The notes under the pieces were generated by a model, which was given only the letters and a program-made list of their open reading frames with translations, made no database searches and was not told where the DNA came from. From Sminthopsis crassicaudata (lineage: Eukaryota): 64,000 nt of DNA. The stretch lies in assembly GCF_048593235.1 (NCBI RefSeq), contig NC_133619.1, positions 636,904,558 to 636,968,557 of the forward strand, read 5' to 3'. Both the position numbers and the translations under genes were made by a program. Position 1 is the stretch's first letter. Every line of letters begins with the position of its first letter. Shown here piece by piece: positions 12,500-24,906 of the stretch.

Positions 12500-13200
12500 G
12501 AGGGCCATGGGTGAGAAACAAGTCATTTTGATTGTGTTGCAAAGTATAGAAAGGGAAGTAAACTGTCAAGAGAAGTTGGAGCCAAGTTATGCAAAGCTTT
12601 TAGAAGTTAAAGAGAGTAACATGTAGGTTATCCTAAAGGAAATAGTGAGATCCTGGAGCTGATTGAGGAGGACTGAGTGATATCAGAGATATACTTAAGG
12701 AAACGCTTTGGCAGCAGTGTGGAGGATAGGCTCCAGTGAGGAGATATTTGAAGCAAAGAAATCAATTAGGATGCTGTTATAATGGCCCAAGATGGTCCGG
12801 TCCTGTGGTCCAGATACAAGAGATGGGTTAGAGGTAGGAACAGCATGACATTAGCGAGTGAGCGGATAACTCAGGTGGCAGAGAGAGAAGGAGCAAGGAT
12901 AATACCAAGGTTACAAAAACCTAGAAAAATGGTGATCTCTTCAACAGAAATAAGTTTAGAAGATGAGATTTAGGGGGAAATCAGTAAATTCTGTTTTGGA
13001 CTTGTTGAGTTTGGATCTTTGGGTCATTCAGCTTAAAATTCGCAATGCAGGAAGCTCAGGGGACAAACTAGGGCTGGATATAATCCTAATCGTCTGTGCC
13101 ACTGGTACAGAGAAAGCGATTAGACCCTTGGAAGACGGTGAGGTGCCGAGAGAAATGGGATGAGAACAGGGCCGAGGACAGAGACTGGGGAACACAGTTA
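12500..13200 (-). mobile_element. L2 fragment (boundaries approximate)
   Basis: Motifs typical of antisense L2 (ttctgttttggacttgttgagtttg, gaagctcagg...gggctggata). Confidence 0.55.
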
Positions 13201-14072
13201 ATGTCCGGGGTGGGGACAGAGTCAGGACAAAGATCTAGAGTGGATGGGCCAAGAGGGACCAGGAAGCCAGCAGTTAGGAGCCTCTCAGCCCCTGGAGAGG
13301 CAGCCGGTTTAGGGAAGGTTGGAAGCACACGAGGAAGCCCTGAGAGGACCCGAAAGCAGCCCCCTGCACGTGGGCAGCTCCCTTCTCCAAAGCTGCCAAT
13401 TTCGAGCTGCCTTCTGCTCCATCAGGGCTCAGGTTTCGTGTTTGCCCTTTGCCCCCATTCGCCGCTCCTTTGGAGCCACACATTTCCCAGATGCGCACAT
13501 CCGTCACAAGTCCTTCTGCGAGCTAGCCCTGGGGGCCAAGTCGGGCAGAAAGCCTAGCTCCTGCCTTCCGCCGCCGAGACCGTGCTGCGCGTCCCGGCAG
13601 TCTCCGAAGCTCCAGCAACAGGGGGCGGAGAATGGGGACAAGGGCGGCATTCCAGGCCACAGACGCCCCAGAACCAAGAGGCCCAGAGCTAGGGAGAAGG
13701 TGCTCCGAGGTCACGGAGGAGACCCCCTCCCCCCATGGCACCTCAGAGACTCTCTACAACCACCACCGCCTTTGATGCACCGCTGCCATCACGTCTCCCC
13801 TCCCCCTCCCGCTCTCGGTCCCACCTCCATCTAGACTCTCTGAGGCCCCCTCACCCCCACACACAGAGCGAGGCTCTCCGTCCCCCCCCACACTGAGGCT
13901 GTCCCGACCTCCCCCCCCCCACATCAAGGCTCTCCGCCCCTACCCCACACAAGAAGGCTCTCGACTCCTCCCCCTCCCCCCATAAGGAGGCTCTCCGGGC
14001 GTCCCCTCCCACACCGTCCCGGCCTCGTCCCAATCATAGGGAAGGAAGGAATTTAAAATTTGGAGACCTCAC

Positions 14073-14700
14073 CGCCACGGCCTCGCCTCCTCCTCGTCCT
14101 CTGCTCCGCGGCTCCCTAGTCGAGCCGGGCCTCCGCTCCCGGGCCTCGCCGCCGCCGCCGCGTTCCCATAACGGCCTCTCGCCGTTGGGCCCTTTCCCGC
14201 CTTTTCTCCCAGGCTCGCTCCCGCGCTGTGGCGGTTGGTGGAGAACGACAGAGAGGGGGAGGGAAGGAGGGATGGGTCTCTCCAAGCTTAGTCCCAAAGT
14301 GCCGTGAGAGTCCTGAAGTCATCGAAAAGCTCTTCCGGGATAGTTTGGCCGTGTCCTGTTGTGGGTCCTGCCACCACCCTTCCTCTCAGGTTAGAGTGGT
14401 CGAAATGGTGACAGAGGTTTCTTTCCCGCCAAGATGAACGGTCCCCTCTGTGATTGGTCGAGGAGCTTGCACCTCAGGGCACGTGAGGGAGAGGAGGTGG
14501 GAAAGAGATAGGAGGAGGCTGCCCTCACTGCTACCTCTGATTGGTTGCAGAACTCGTGCCTCTTTTCCCTATTGGCCGAGGTGAGTCAAAGGGGAGGCGG
14601 AGACTCTTTGTTTTGCTGTAAAACTGGCTTCCCGTCAAGTGACGGATTGGAAGTTGTCCGGGTCAATAGGTAAAAGAGGTGTATGTCCCGGCATCCCCTT
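14073..14700 (-). promoter_or_regulatory. CpG-island promoter and non-coding first exon, probably the upstream ZBTB32 promoter
   Basis: CpG-rich; four ATTGG (CCAAT on minus) at 14453, 14540, 14571 and 14646; E-box CACGTG 14480-14485; donor GTGGCG|GTGAGG at 14072. Confidence 0.65.
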
Positions 14701-15029
14701 CTCCTGCCTCGGCCGGAGGGAAGCAGGCTCGGGTCCCCAGAGAGGAGCAGAAAAAGGAGGCAGAGGCGAAGGAGGGCTCTCCGACCCATCTAGGCCGTCC
14801 CTTCCTTTTGATCGACAGATAGGGAGTCCGCTGCTCTTTCCGCTGCATTAAGCAGCTTCTCGTGGCGGGCCTCGCTTCCGCAGTCCCAAGGGTCCCTATG
14901 CCAATTTCAGCACGAGGTGCAGAAGGGATTGTACGCTTCACATGGAAGCTGTTGGAAGAATGACAGGCAAAGCCCGGCCAGCCGTGGACCGTGCGTGGTG
15001 CAGCATGCCGAGAGCTTCATATAGCAGGT

Positions 15030-15420
15030 AGCGTGCACCGTGCAGTGCATCAGATCACATGCAGCATGCAGAATGCATCTTGTAGCAGGTAGTGTGTCGT
15101 GTGCAGTGCATCAGATCGCGTGCAGCATGCATCGTGTAGCAGGTAATGAGCAGTGTGCAGTGCATCAGATCGCGTGCAGCATGCATCGTGTAGCAGGTAA
15201 TGAGCAGTGTGCAGTGCATCAGATCGCGTGCAGCATGCATCGTGTAGCAGGTAATGAGCAGTGTGCAGTGCATCAGATCGCGTGCAGCATGCATCGTGTA
15301 GCAGGTAATGAGCAGTGTGCAGTGCATCAGATCGCGTGCAGCATGCATAATGTAGCAGGTAATGAGCAGTGTGCAGTGCATCAGATCGCGTGCAGCATGC
15401 ATCGTGTAGCGTGCGTCATA
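15030..15420. repeat. 54-bp minisatellite, about 7 copies
   Basis: tagcagg recurs at 15137, 15191, 15245, 15299 and 15353. Confidence 0.95.
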
Positions 15421-16787
15421 CAACGTGCAGAGAGGGCAGTGTGCAGCTCGCGGGGTCCCTGCCCCCCATAAGGATCTCTTGGCGCTGAACTTGGAGAGGC
15501 CCCCAGCAAGGGTTCCCATCTTGTGTCCTCAACTCCCAGGGCAGATTCTCTCTCGTTTCATCAGCCTGACTGTGGCTTCCCGGCGTGGAAAGAAGCGCCT
15601 CCCAAATGTCCCATCCATTCCCCTGCCTCTCTGCTGCCCATCCGCGCGGGCCCCTGCTCCCTTCTTCACTGAGCCGGCGGCTCCCTGGGCCCAGAGGGCA
15701 AGCCGGGAGAGAAGAGGGAGAGAAGGGAGAGAAAGCTCCCCCTGGCTGGGAAGTCCCTGCTTCTGGGACCTGCAGCCCCGGGGCCTCTGCGGGATCTATG
15801 CGCATGCTCACCTGTAAAAGGGGCTCCCTGTTGGGCAGGGCAGCTTTGGGGCTCAGATGGGACAAGGGCTGCAGGGTTGGGGAAGCCCTGCTCTGTCACA
15901 CGGGACGGATGATCCGGGTCCAAGCCCTCCTGAGCAGCCGCTCTTGGGAAAAGGGGGTGAGGCCAGGGAGAGGTTTGAGGAACCAGGGCTGGGGCCGGGA
16001 TGCGATTGGTCCACGGGGCTCATCAGATCTTTCCCTTCTCTTTGCCCTTTGGCTTCCTCCACCGAACTCGGACCATCTTTCCCTATGACACGCAGCCTTG
16101 CCTCAATGCCGTAGCCATGGAGCATCCCTGACATGAGCCACAAGTTCCAGCCTTTTGAGCCGCATATTCTGAAATCCTCCAGGAAATATCCAACCCCATA
16201 CCAGCTATAACCTGGTTTCTCTCTGCACCCCCCCCCCAAAATGTTGTCATTCGACTGGCCAGTCCGATTCCAATCGTTACTAAGGAGATTTAATGAAAAT
16301 AATTATTAATTAATGAGTTTAATTAATTTAATGAAACTAATTAGTGAAACAAGTGTCCATCAGCCAGTCATCAAGTTATCCTCGGCCTGAGTTAATTCCC
16401 GTAAGCCCCTCCTCCTGTGCTTATTCCAGAAAACAGAGGTCGCCCCTTTCGGACCCTTGCCTAAGCCCTGAGCCCTGTGCTCCCCCTCCCCCTCCAGGCG
16501 CACTGGGCTGAGACGGCTCCCTCCCCTCTGCTCCACTCCCCTTTCTCACTCATCTCTCCTCCGCGGCGCGGAGCTCTCCTAACGGGAACGAGAAACTGGC
16601 AAACCTGTTCTACTCGTCCAGGGCCCAGCACGTGACTGCTCAGCCCCTCTCGGACCTGAGGGAATGCAGCCAAACTGGAAGTCAAGGAGGAGGGCACGGA
16701 CCAAGCTACCTCTCCCTCCCCCGCCCGCTCTTCAGCCCCAGAGCCTGCCAGCCAGAACAAACCGGCGCAGAAGGAGAAAAAGAAGTC

Positions 16788-16793
16788 TTTATT
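16788..16793 (-). terminator. UPK1A polyadenylation signal
   Basis: AATAAA on minus, about 240 nt after the stop codon. Confidence 0.65.
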
Positions 16794-17030
16794 CCATACA
16801 AAATAGGTCAGGCAGACGAGGAAAGGCTCCATGACTTAGTGGGAACTAGGGATGCTTGGGGCGGAGGAAGAAAGGGAATGTAAGAGAACCCCAAAACCGG
16901 GAGGAGGAATTGGAGAGAGAGGAACAAATGAGGGAGAGTTCGGGGGGAATCTCTTTCCAAGGAGCCATCGGTGGGGCCCAGCAGGAAGGGGTGATGCTTC
17001 TGGGGAAGGGGGACTGCTTCCGGGAGGGTC

Positions 17031-17075
17031 TCAGAGTACCGTGTAGTAGTACATGGCCAGCAGCATCACGGGGAG
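17031..17075 (-). CDS. UPK1A: Uroplakin-1a, last coding exon
   Basis: cag|LPVMLLAMYYYTVL*. Confidence 0.95.
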   Translation of the reverse strand, partial: LPVMLLAMYYYTVL

Positions 17076-17264
17076 CTGAGGAAGGAGACAGGAGTGAGGA
17101 GCACGTGCTCTGCCTCCGCCCAGCCCCCAGCGGAGAGGGAGAAGGGGCTCTTGGAATGGAGAAATAACGATTAATTCCAACTTCCCCCAATTTCTTAAGC
17201 ACCCCCTTCCCAGCACCCTTCAAGACGGGCTTTTGCTTTCCCAAATCTTGGCTTTTCCTCTCAC

Positions 17265-17348
17265 CGTCCACATAAGGATGGCAAATCCAAACCAAGAGAT
17301 ACCCCAGGTGTAGCTGTCGATGGCGTGGCCAAGATGCTCAAAGCAGCC
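17265..17348 (-). CDS. UPK1A: Uroplakin-1a coding exon
   Basis: GCFEHLGHAIDSYTWGISWFGFAILMWT with AG/GT boundaries, 84 nt. Confidence 0.96.
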
Positions 17349-17963
17349 CTGCAGGGAAAGCGTTGGGGAGGGAGCTGAAGCAACGGCGAGGTGAACTTAC
17401 AGCAACACTTTCTGGGATGGCTAGGAAGGAGACATCGAAGGGACCCCCCAGCTGGGGAATGGCCCAGCAAGCCGTGGGATATTACTGCGCTATGAGAAAT
17501 GGTTTCAGAAAAACCTCGAAGAGCATGAACTGATGCAAAGTGAAGTGACCAGAACCAGGGAACCTCGCACACGGTAACAGCAAGATTACTCGGTGAAGAA
17601 CTCCTAATGCTTCCAAGCAATACAGTGATTCGAGGGACTTAGGACGAAGCTTGCTATTCTCCCAGAAAAAGAACTGACTTGTTTGAATACGAACGGAAGA
17701 GTGCTATTTTCACCTTTCCTTTTTTCCTTTTATTCACATCATGCAAAATGACTAATATGAAATGATCCCACATCGATAACCAATATCTGATTGCTTACCA
17801 TCTCAGGGAGAAGGGAGAGATAACATTTAGAATGCAAAACTTTAAAAAAAGTAAATATTGTTTAATATGTAATTTGGGGACATATGTATCTATGCATAAG
17901 GTGATTGATAGGGGGAAAAAAAAAAAAAGCAACGGTGGATTGAAAGGCAAGGTCTGTTGGTAC

Positions 17964-18143
17964 CTTGGTGAAGAGGTAATCTTGGTGGCCAAGCCGACAT
18001 CCCTCCTCGTTGAGAGGGTTGAAGTTGGCATCCCTACGGCAACACAATGGGGGCCAGGGGAAGTCGACCTCTGGGGTGGCGTCCCGGAAGGCTGATGTGA
18101 AGTTCACCCAGTCGAGGGGCCCTGAGGTACCACAGCATTGTTG
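17964..18143 (-). CDS. UPK1A: Uroplakin-1a coding exon (large extracellular loop)
   Basis: QQCCGTSGPLDWVNFTSAF...EEGCRLGHQDYLFTK, tetraspanin CCG motif, 180 nt. Confidence 0.96.
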
Positions 18144-18313
18144 CTGGAAAGACAGGCAGGGGAGGCAGGGGGAAATGGCATAGGACAAGAGACTCCATTT
18201 AATGAGGACCAGTATGGGGCACAAACTTGGGTTTCAAAAGCTAGGTATCCGAGGTTAACACCCCAACTTCTGGATTCCCGCGTCACCCTCGTGCCCACCA
18301 AGAACGCCCTCAC

Positions 18314-18421
18314 CTCAATCATGACTCGATCCCAGAAACGAGTCAGTTCCTGGCCCTGGTCCGTGGGAGCATTGTAGAATGTCAGCATCTGTTTGGTAAT
18401 GAGGGCCGGGTTGGACACCAT
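18314..18421 (-). CDS. UPK1A: Uroplakin-1a coding exon
   Basis: MVSNPALITKQMLTFYNAPTDQGQELTRFWDRVMIE, 108 nt. Confidence 0.96.
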
Positions 18422-18799
18422 CTGTAGTAAGAAGAAGAAGCAGCGAGGCAGAAGAATGGGCGCTTCCCTAGAACCAGGAGGGGAAAGTTCCTCTGGGAGT
18501 TCATTCTCGCCCCTCTCCCTGCTCTGCCCTGCACCTGCCTCCAGAGGGGTCCTTAACCCCTTGTGTCCTGGACCCCTTGGGAAATCGGTGACCTGCAGGT
18601 CCCTTCCTAATCCACAATCATGTTATTAAATGCACAAAACAAAATGTCCCTTACTGGCAGTAATTATTAAAATCTTTTAAACTACAAAGTCACAGACTCT
18701 AAGTTAAGACTCCCTGCTCTGACCCCATATTTCCAGTCTCCCTCCACAAACGCCCTCTGTCCCCTTTCCCCCACCCCTTCAATCCTCCTGGGTGCTCAC

Positions 18800-18874
18800 A
18801 TAGTCTCTGTGGGTATATGACGTGATGCTTGAGGCACATTCAAACACATAGACAATCAGCATTAATACCAGGTA
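18800..18874 (-). CDS. UPK1A: Uroplakin-1a coding exon
   Basis: YLVLMLIVYVFECASSITSYTHRDY, 75 nt, tag/gtgag boundaries. Confidence 0.96.
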
Positions 18875-19135
18875 CTAGAGAGGAGACAGAAGAAAGTCAA
18901 AAAGGAAGGGAACAGGAGCTGGCACGGGGGGAGCCCCGAGGAGGCTGGTTTGGGGTCATGTTTAGATGGTTCCATTTAAAAGGGAATGGATTCAGATGGG
19001 AATGGCTAACTGGAATTGGATCAGCAAACTGTGGTTCACAGGCTTTTGGAATTAATCCCATTGGAGAGAAGGGAAGGCTCCAACTAAAGGCCATTTCTGC
19101 TATTACCCATTTCCCTCCCCACCCCCACTCCTGAC

Positions 19136-19336
19136 CGTGAGAAGCATTCCTCGGCTGTGGCACAGCGCTGCTCCTATGCCAAAGCTGGCCACCACAAAAA
19201 AGGAGAAGCCGGTGAAAATGGCAATCCAGGCCCCTGCGAAGACGTCATCCTTGCCAGAGACCCCGAGCAGGGGGTAGACCCGGTACTGATCGGCCGTCAC
19301 CCAGACAGTCTCCGCAAACAGCGCCAGGCCTGACAT
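19136..19336 (-). CDS. UPK1A: Uroplakin-1a coding exon
   Basis: MSGLALFAETVWVTADQYRVYPLLGVSGKDDVFAGAWIAIFTGFSFF...GMLLT, 201 nt. Confidence 0.96.
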
Positions 19337-19915
19337 CTAGACCAAGGGACCAAACAGGCACACGGAGTCTCTCAGCCCCTTTGGTGCCCCTTGAAATCCC
19401 CCATGCCCCTAACTCCAACCATTCAACAATAATTAGTGACCACAAGCCTTGCTGCTACCTATTCCCCTAATCTTCTTTTAATGCCCCCTGTAATGCCTTA
19501 TGTCACCTGCCCTGTTTTTTTGATATATTCAGACCACATTTGAGCATATATATATATATATATCCATTCTCCCCTGTTTTCATGAATATGATTCCATATT
19601 ATCAGACTGCAGAGCAACCAGATCGATGTAATTTTTTTTCTTTCACTCAGCTAATCCTGTTTCCCCTTTATACTAACTTAAATCCCTTGCTAAGAATTTC
19701 ATCATTGCCAAATGAAGGTTCTGGGCAGTTGGCGATAGGGCAAAGGGATCCGCAAAATCCAAGGTCTTGCCTCTCACTCAGTATTGCCCCATTAATCCCT
19801 GTGCCCTGGAATTTCCTCTTCTCTTTCCCATAATCCATTTTTAGCTCCCCAAATCGTCAGTTTTTGTATCCCCTACGAGAAGACAGAGAGATAAAGGGCA
19901 CTGGGATCTATTTAC

Positions 19916-19981
19916 CAGGATGATGATATTTCCAAGGACCAGTAAGCCCACCACACCTGGGGATCCTTTCTCTGCTGCCAT
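19916..19981 (-). CDS. UPK1A: Uroplakin-1a first coding exon; full CDS is 252 aa
   Basis: cag|GGGATC ATG giving MAAEKGSPGVVGLLVLGNIIIL|gtaaat; all 7 exons join in phase 0. Confidence 0.95.
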
Positions 19982-20148
19982 GATCCCCTGAAACACATGT
20001 GGAATTGCAAGGATCCCGTCTCTGTTTTGCTGCTCAGCTTCTCCCCTGCAACAATCCTTCCAGTCCAATTATGTCTATTCCCACAAATCCAGAACCCAGA
20101 TATTTATTCTGCTCTCCCTCTGCTACCTGCTCCCATCTCCTTTCTTAC

Positions 20149-20250
20149 CCTTTTTATGCCCCGGTGATTGTCAGTCTTTGCTGGGACCCCAAGACAGCTT
20201 CTTATATCATCCAGAAAGGTGTGTGTGTGTTTGTGTGTGGCCACACCCTG
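20149..20250 (-). promoter_or_regulatory. Candidate UPK1A non-coding exon 1 and core promoter
   Basis: TATA-like GATATAAG at about 20201-20208, CACCC box at about 20241, donor AGG|GTAAGA at 20148. Confidence 0.5.
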
Positions 20251-20689
20251 CATTCCCTTTCCCTTGGACAGACTGGGGCAGAGTGCAGCACATCTCTAGG
20301 TTTTCTTGTGTATTTAAAGAACCTGAAATTTTTTTTTACTTGATTTTTAAAAACTTTATTTATTGAATACAAGGGATAATATTATAAAATATATATATAT
20401 AATAAAAAAAAATAAAAATCAGGATGCTAAAATGAAGTAAACATAATGTGAATGGATACATTTTTGGTAAAACCTTTTATCACCAGTGCCATTGATCAAG
20501 GAAAATGTGTGACAAGATGAACATTATTCCTCTCTTCTTTAGGGTGTAAGGTTATGATGTATATATGTATGTGTATGTTTATTTCATTTACTCTAAGTCA
20601 CAGTTGGTTCATGGGTTGGATTGGTTTTACATCATCATCATCATCATCATTATAATTATAATTATTATTTGTACAGCCCTTTTTGTAGT

Positions 20690-22330
20690 GGCAAAAAAAC
20701 TGGAAACTGAGTAGAGGCAGTTTGGGAATGGCTGAATAATTTGGTATTTGAATGTAACGGAATATTATTATTCTATAAGAAATGATCAGGTGGCTGATTT
20801 CAGAAAGGCCTGGAGAGACTTACATGAACTGATGCTATGTAAAGTAAGTAGAACTAAGAGAACATTGTACATAGAAGCAACAAAATTATGCAATGATCAA
20901 CTCTGAAGAATATGTCTCTTTTTTACAATTAGGTGATTCAGGGCCAATTCTAATAGACTTGTGATGAAGAGTGTCATTTGCATTTAGACAGAAGACCATA
21001 GGAACTGAATATGAATCACAACATTTTTATCTTTTGTTGTTATTGTTTGCTTATTTGTTTTTCTTTCATTTTTTCCCTTTTGATCTGATTTTTCTTGTGC
21101 AGCATGATAAATGTGGAAGTATGTTTAGAAAAATTGCACATATTTAACCTATATTGGATTATTTGCTGTCTAGGAAGGGGAAAAAGTAAGGAGGGAAGGA
21201 GAAACACTTGGAATACAATATTTTTCAAGGATAAAAGTTGAAAACTAAAAAAAAAACAAAAAAACTTTATTTATTTAATATTTTCCCTCAGTTATATTCA
21301 AAACAATTTTTAAAAATTGTTTGAGTTCTAGGTTCTCTCCCTCATCCCCACTCACAATTAAGAAACTACTTGTGAAATTATGCAAAACATTTCCATAAAA
21401 ATCAAGTTGTGGAAAAAAAATAACATAGATCTCTCACTCTAATGAAAACAAAAACTCTCAAGAAAAGTCAAATTTAAAAAAGAAAGAGAAAGAGAAAATG
21501 CTTCAATCTGTATTCAGATACAGCCAGTTCCTTCTGTGGGTAGGAATAGGATTTTTCTGAATTCTGAGCAGACATGAATCATTGTACTACTGAGAATAGC
21601 AAAGTCATTTTCAGCTGGTCATTCGAGACATTACTATTACTTTGTATGTAGTATATTTTACTTGGCTTGAATTAATGGAGAACTTTCCAGGTCTTTTTTC
21701 CCCCTGAGAGCATCCTGCTCATCATTTCCCAGAGAGAAATATTTCATCATAAAAACACACCATAGTTTATTGAGCTATTCCCCCAATTGATGGGCATCCT
21801 CTCAATTTCCTTTTTTTTTTTTTGCCCAGAGAAGAAAGTTGCTATGAATATTTTTTTGTATTTTCCTTTTATTTCTATGAATCTCTTTTGGTATTCATAC
21901 CAATTAGTAGTGCTGTTAGGTCAAAGGATATATGCATGAATGTATAGCCCTTGGGGACAGAGCATATCTTTGATCATTTATCAATTAGGGCATAGTTTTT
22001 TTTTTTTTTTTTTTAAATAAATTTGACTCAGTTGCCGCTATGCTTGAGAAATGAGGTCTTAGAGTAGCTTGCTTTGAAATTCTTTTTTATAATTACTCTG
22101 GCTAACTGTATTTCCACCATTTATTCTCTTTCTCCTTGACCCCAGTGTCTCCTCAAAAGTGTTTTGCTACTGACCAGTCCCTCCCCAATATGCCCTCTCT
22201 TTTATCATCTTTTCCCCCTCTCTATAATCCCATTCCCTTCCTATTTTCCTGCAAAATAAGATAGATTTCTATACACCTATTGAGTACATATGCTATTTCT
22301 TCTTTGAGTCAATTCTGATGAGAGTAAGAG
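20690..22330. mobile_element. L1 3'-end fragments in both orientations
   Basis: Plus-strand L1 3' end (gaaaggcctggagagacttacatgaactgatg, about 20690-21240) abutting a minus-strand L1 3' fragment. Confidence 0.7.
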
Positions 22331-24720
22331 AAATTTTTGGTGTCCCTAATACATGGGTGAGGGATGGGAAGTTAACTGGAAAGGTGGGCTAAAATGATGT
22401 GTGTAGGAGAAGTGGGGTTTGAATTCCAAGGCAAACAGAATGAGAGAATCTTTTTTCAGGGAGGGGGAATCCAGATGGGACACTTTAGAGGCAAGAGATG
22501 CTTTTGTTTTTAGGGTCTGTCAAGAAGGAACCATTGGTTTGGAGGGTATTGAGGTGGTAAATTTATTTTTCATTCCTTCTTTCTCCCTCCCCACAAACTT
22601 TTCCTAGACCTGAAATTCTAGTTTATATAGTTTAATTGAGTGTCTCATTATTTTAAATGGAGTTTCTCTTTCTCTCTCTTCCTGATGGCTTTTTTTGGTA
22701 ATATACTTTGTGTAAACTTTTTGAGGGCTGAGATTTTTGCCTTATACAACTATGTTATAACCCACAGAACCTAGTGTAGGACCTCAAATAACAAGTTCCA
22801 ATATTTTTTTCCTGTTTTATTGTTACAAATTTGTCAAAAATCAACAAATGGACATTTCCGTATAAAAAAAGAAAAAGGAGACTGTATATGAAATTATAAA
22901 TCTTCACCATGTATATAGTTTTTTAAAAACATTAATATGAAATAAAATTTGAGCTAATATTAGTAAATTTTTATATTTTTATACAAATATAAATATTTGT
23001 AAAGTGCTTTTGCAAACCTTAAAGGTTTGCAAAATCCTACCTCTGGAAGAGGACCTTCCTTCTGAGACCATTTTCTATTTGCATCATACATATCTTCAAC
23101 GTACTTTATTTGCATGTATCTCACAGATTAGATTGTGAACTTCTGGAAGCTCACATTGTTTTTCCCTTTCTTTGTATCCCTAGTGCTTCCCATGGTGTTA
23201 GGCACATAGTAGGTGCTTAATAAATGTTTTTTTCCTGACCACAAATATTTTATATATAGGAGACCTTTTTCTCTTTTTGTCTTTTTAATCTTTCTGTTAG
23301 TGCTATCATTTGATCAAAGTAAGCACTGCGCAGTTACTTCTTGGGTATAGGTCCAAATTACATTCCAGAATGGTTGGAACAACTCAACACCACCAGCAGA
23401 GCATTAGAATTTCAGATTTCCTGTTGGAAGACACCTTAAGGGTCATTGAGTTCAATCCCCCTTTTATAAAAATGATAAAACCAAGACCCCGAAAACAGTG
23501 CCCATAGTCATGTCCCGGCCACTGCCATCTCCCATGGCATCTCCACAATCCTAGGCCGAGGCTCCACGATGCCTTCCCACTCCTACTTAATGAATGTCAG
23601 TGTTTCTCCCCCAACAACTTGTGTAATGTTCATTTTCCTTTTTGACCGTCCTGGTCAATCTGTCTGATGGGAGAGAGAACCTCAGAGTTGTTTTTATTTT
23701 CATTTCTCTTATTCTGAGTGAATCAGAACATTTTTCATAAAGTTGTTGATCTTTTGATAACTGTTTCTTCTTATCCTTTCAGTCAATCAATCAACATTTA
23801 TTAAACACCTGTTATATTCGAGGTATTGAGCTAAGCACTGAGGATACAAAAAGAGACAAAATAAAGTGGTAGCCCTCAATGAGCTTACAATCCAATGGGG
23901 AGAGAGAGCATGCAAACAAATACATACAAACAAGCTGTAGAGGGGATAAATAGGAAATAATTAACAGTAAGAAGATACTAGAATTAGGAGAGTTTGGAAA
24001 AGGCTTGCTCTAAAAGATGGGATTTGGGGAAGAACTCAAAGGAAGTCAGGGAAGCGAGTAAGAGGAGTTGAAAAGGGAAAATGTTCCAGGAATGGGGAAC
24101 AACAGCCAATGGCAAGAGGCCATTAAAGAGCAAATAAGATAAAAGAAGTTTGGAAAAGTAAGAGGGGATGCAAAACAGAATATTTCGTATTTAATTCTGA
24201 AAGCAGTAGGGAGCCACTGAAGTTTATAGAGTAGGGATGTGGTGATGACGGGGAGAACTCTGTGAAAAAATGTGTCCTCTTTAACTGTAAAATAGTCACT
24301 GAAACTGTGTCTCCTTTGATCTGCAAAAGAAGAGAGATGGGGGTTTCCCAGGCTCCAAAGAGTCTGGGAGAAGGCATACTTCCCAGGCTGGGCTTTTATT
24401 TGATTTTACAACTAAGTGTTGATTAGTAGCTTTGGAGAGAGCAGTTTTAATGGAATAATAAGGTTGGAAGTCAGATTGTAGGTGGTTAAGAACAGAGTGA
24501 AAGGAGAAGTGAGAGACACTGATCGTACACCTTGACAGCCTTTTCATAAACAGTGTTTGATGAGTTTAGCTGTAACGTGCTCTCCTGGCAGTTACAATTA
24601 CTAGTCTGCTGTAGGCCCAGAGTACCTTTGACCACTGTGCTTAGCAGTGTCAACTCTACCCGGCTCGCCTCCTCTGAGGCCTTCAAAGGTCTCTGGCCAC
24701 AATCTCTTGAATCTATAGCT

Positions 24721-24906
24721 TTACAATAGCACTTTTCACTATCCTAGAACAATTCTAGCTTATCACAATTAATTGCACTTTTCACAATTCTAGAGTAATT
24801 CTAGTTTCTCACAATTCTCTATTGCACTTTTCACAATCTTAGAACAATTCTAGCTTATCACAATTCTCAATTGCACTTTTCAAATTCCTAGAGCAATTCT
24901 AGCTTC
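24721..24906. repeat. About 47-bp tandem repeat, about 4 copies, replacing most of the 3' LTR
   Basis: Recurrent acaattctagctt...ttgcacttttca units. Confidence 0.85.

Noticed and set aside
15030-15420. Possible CRISPR-like array
   Set aside because: Head-to-tail units with no unique spacers, in a vertebrate genome; it is a minisatellite. The same applies to 52451-53200
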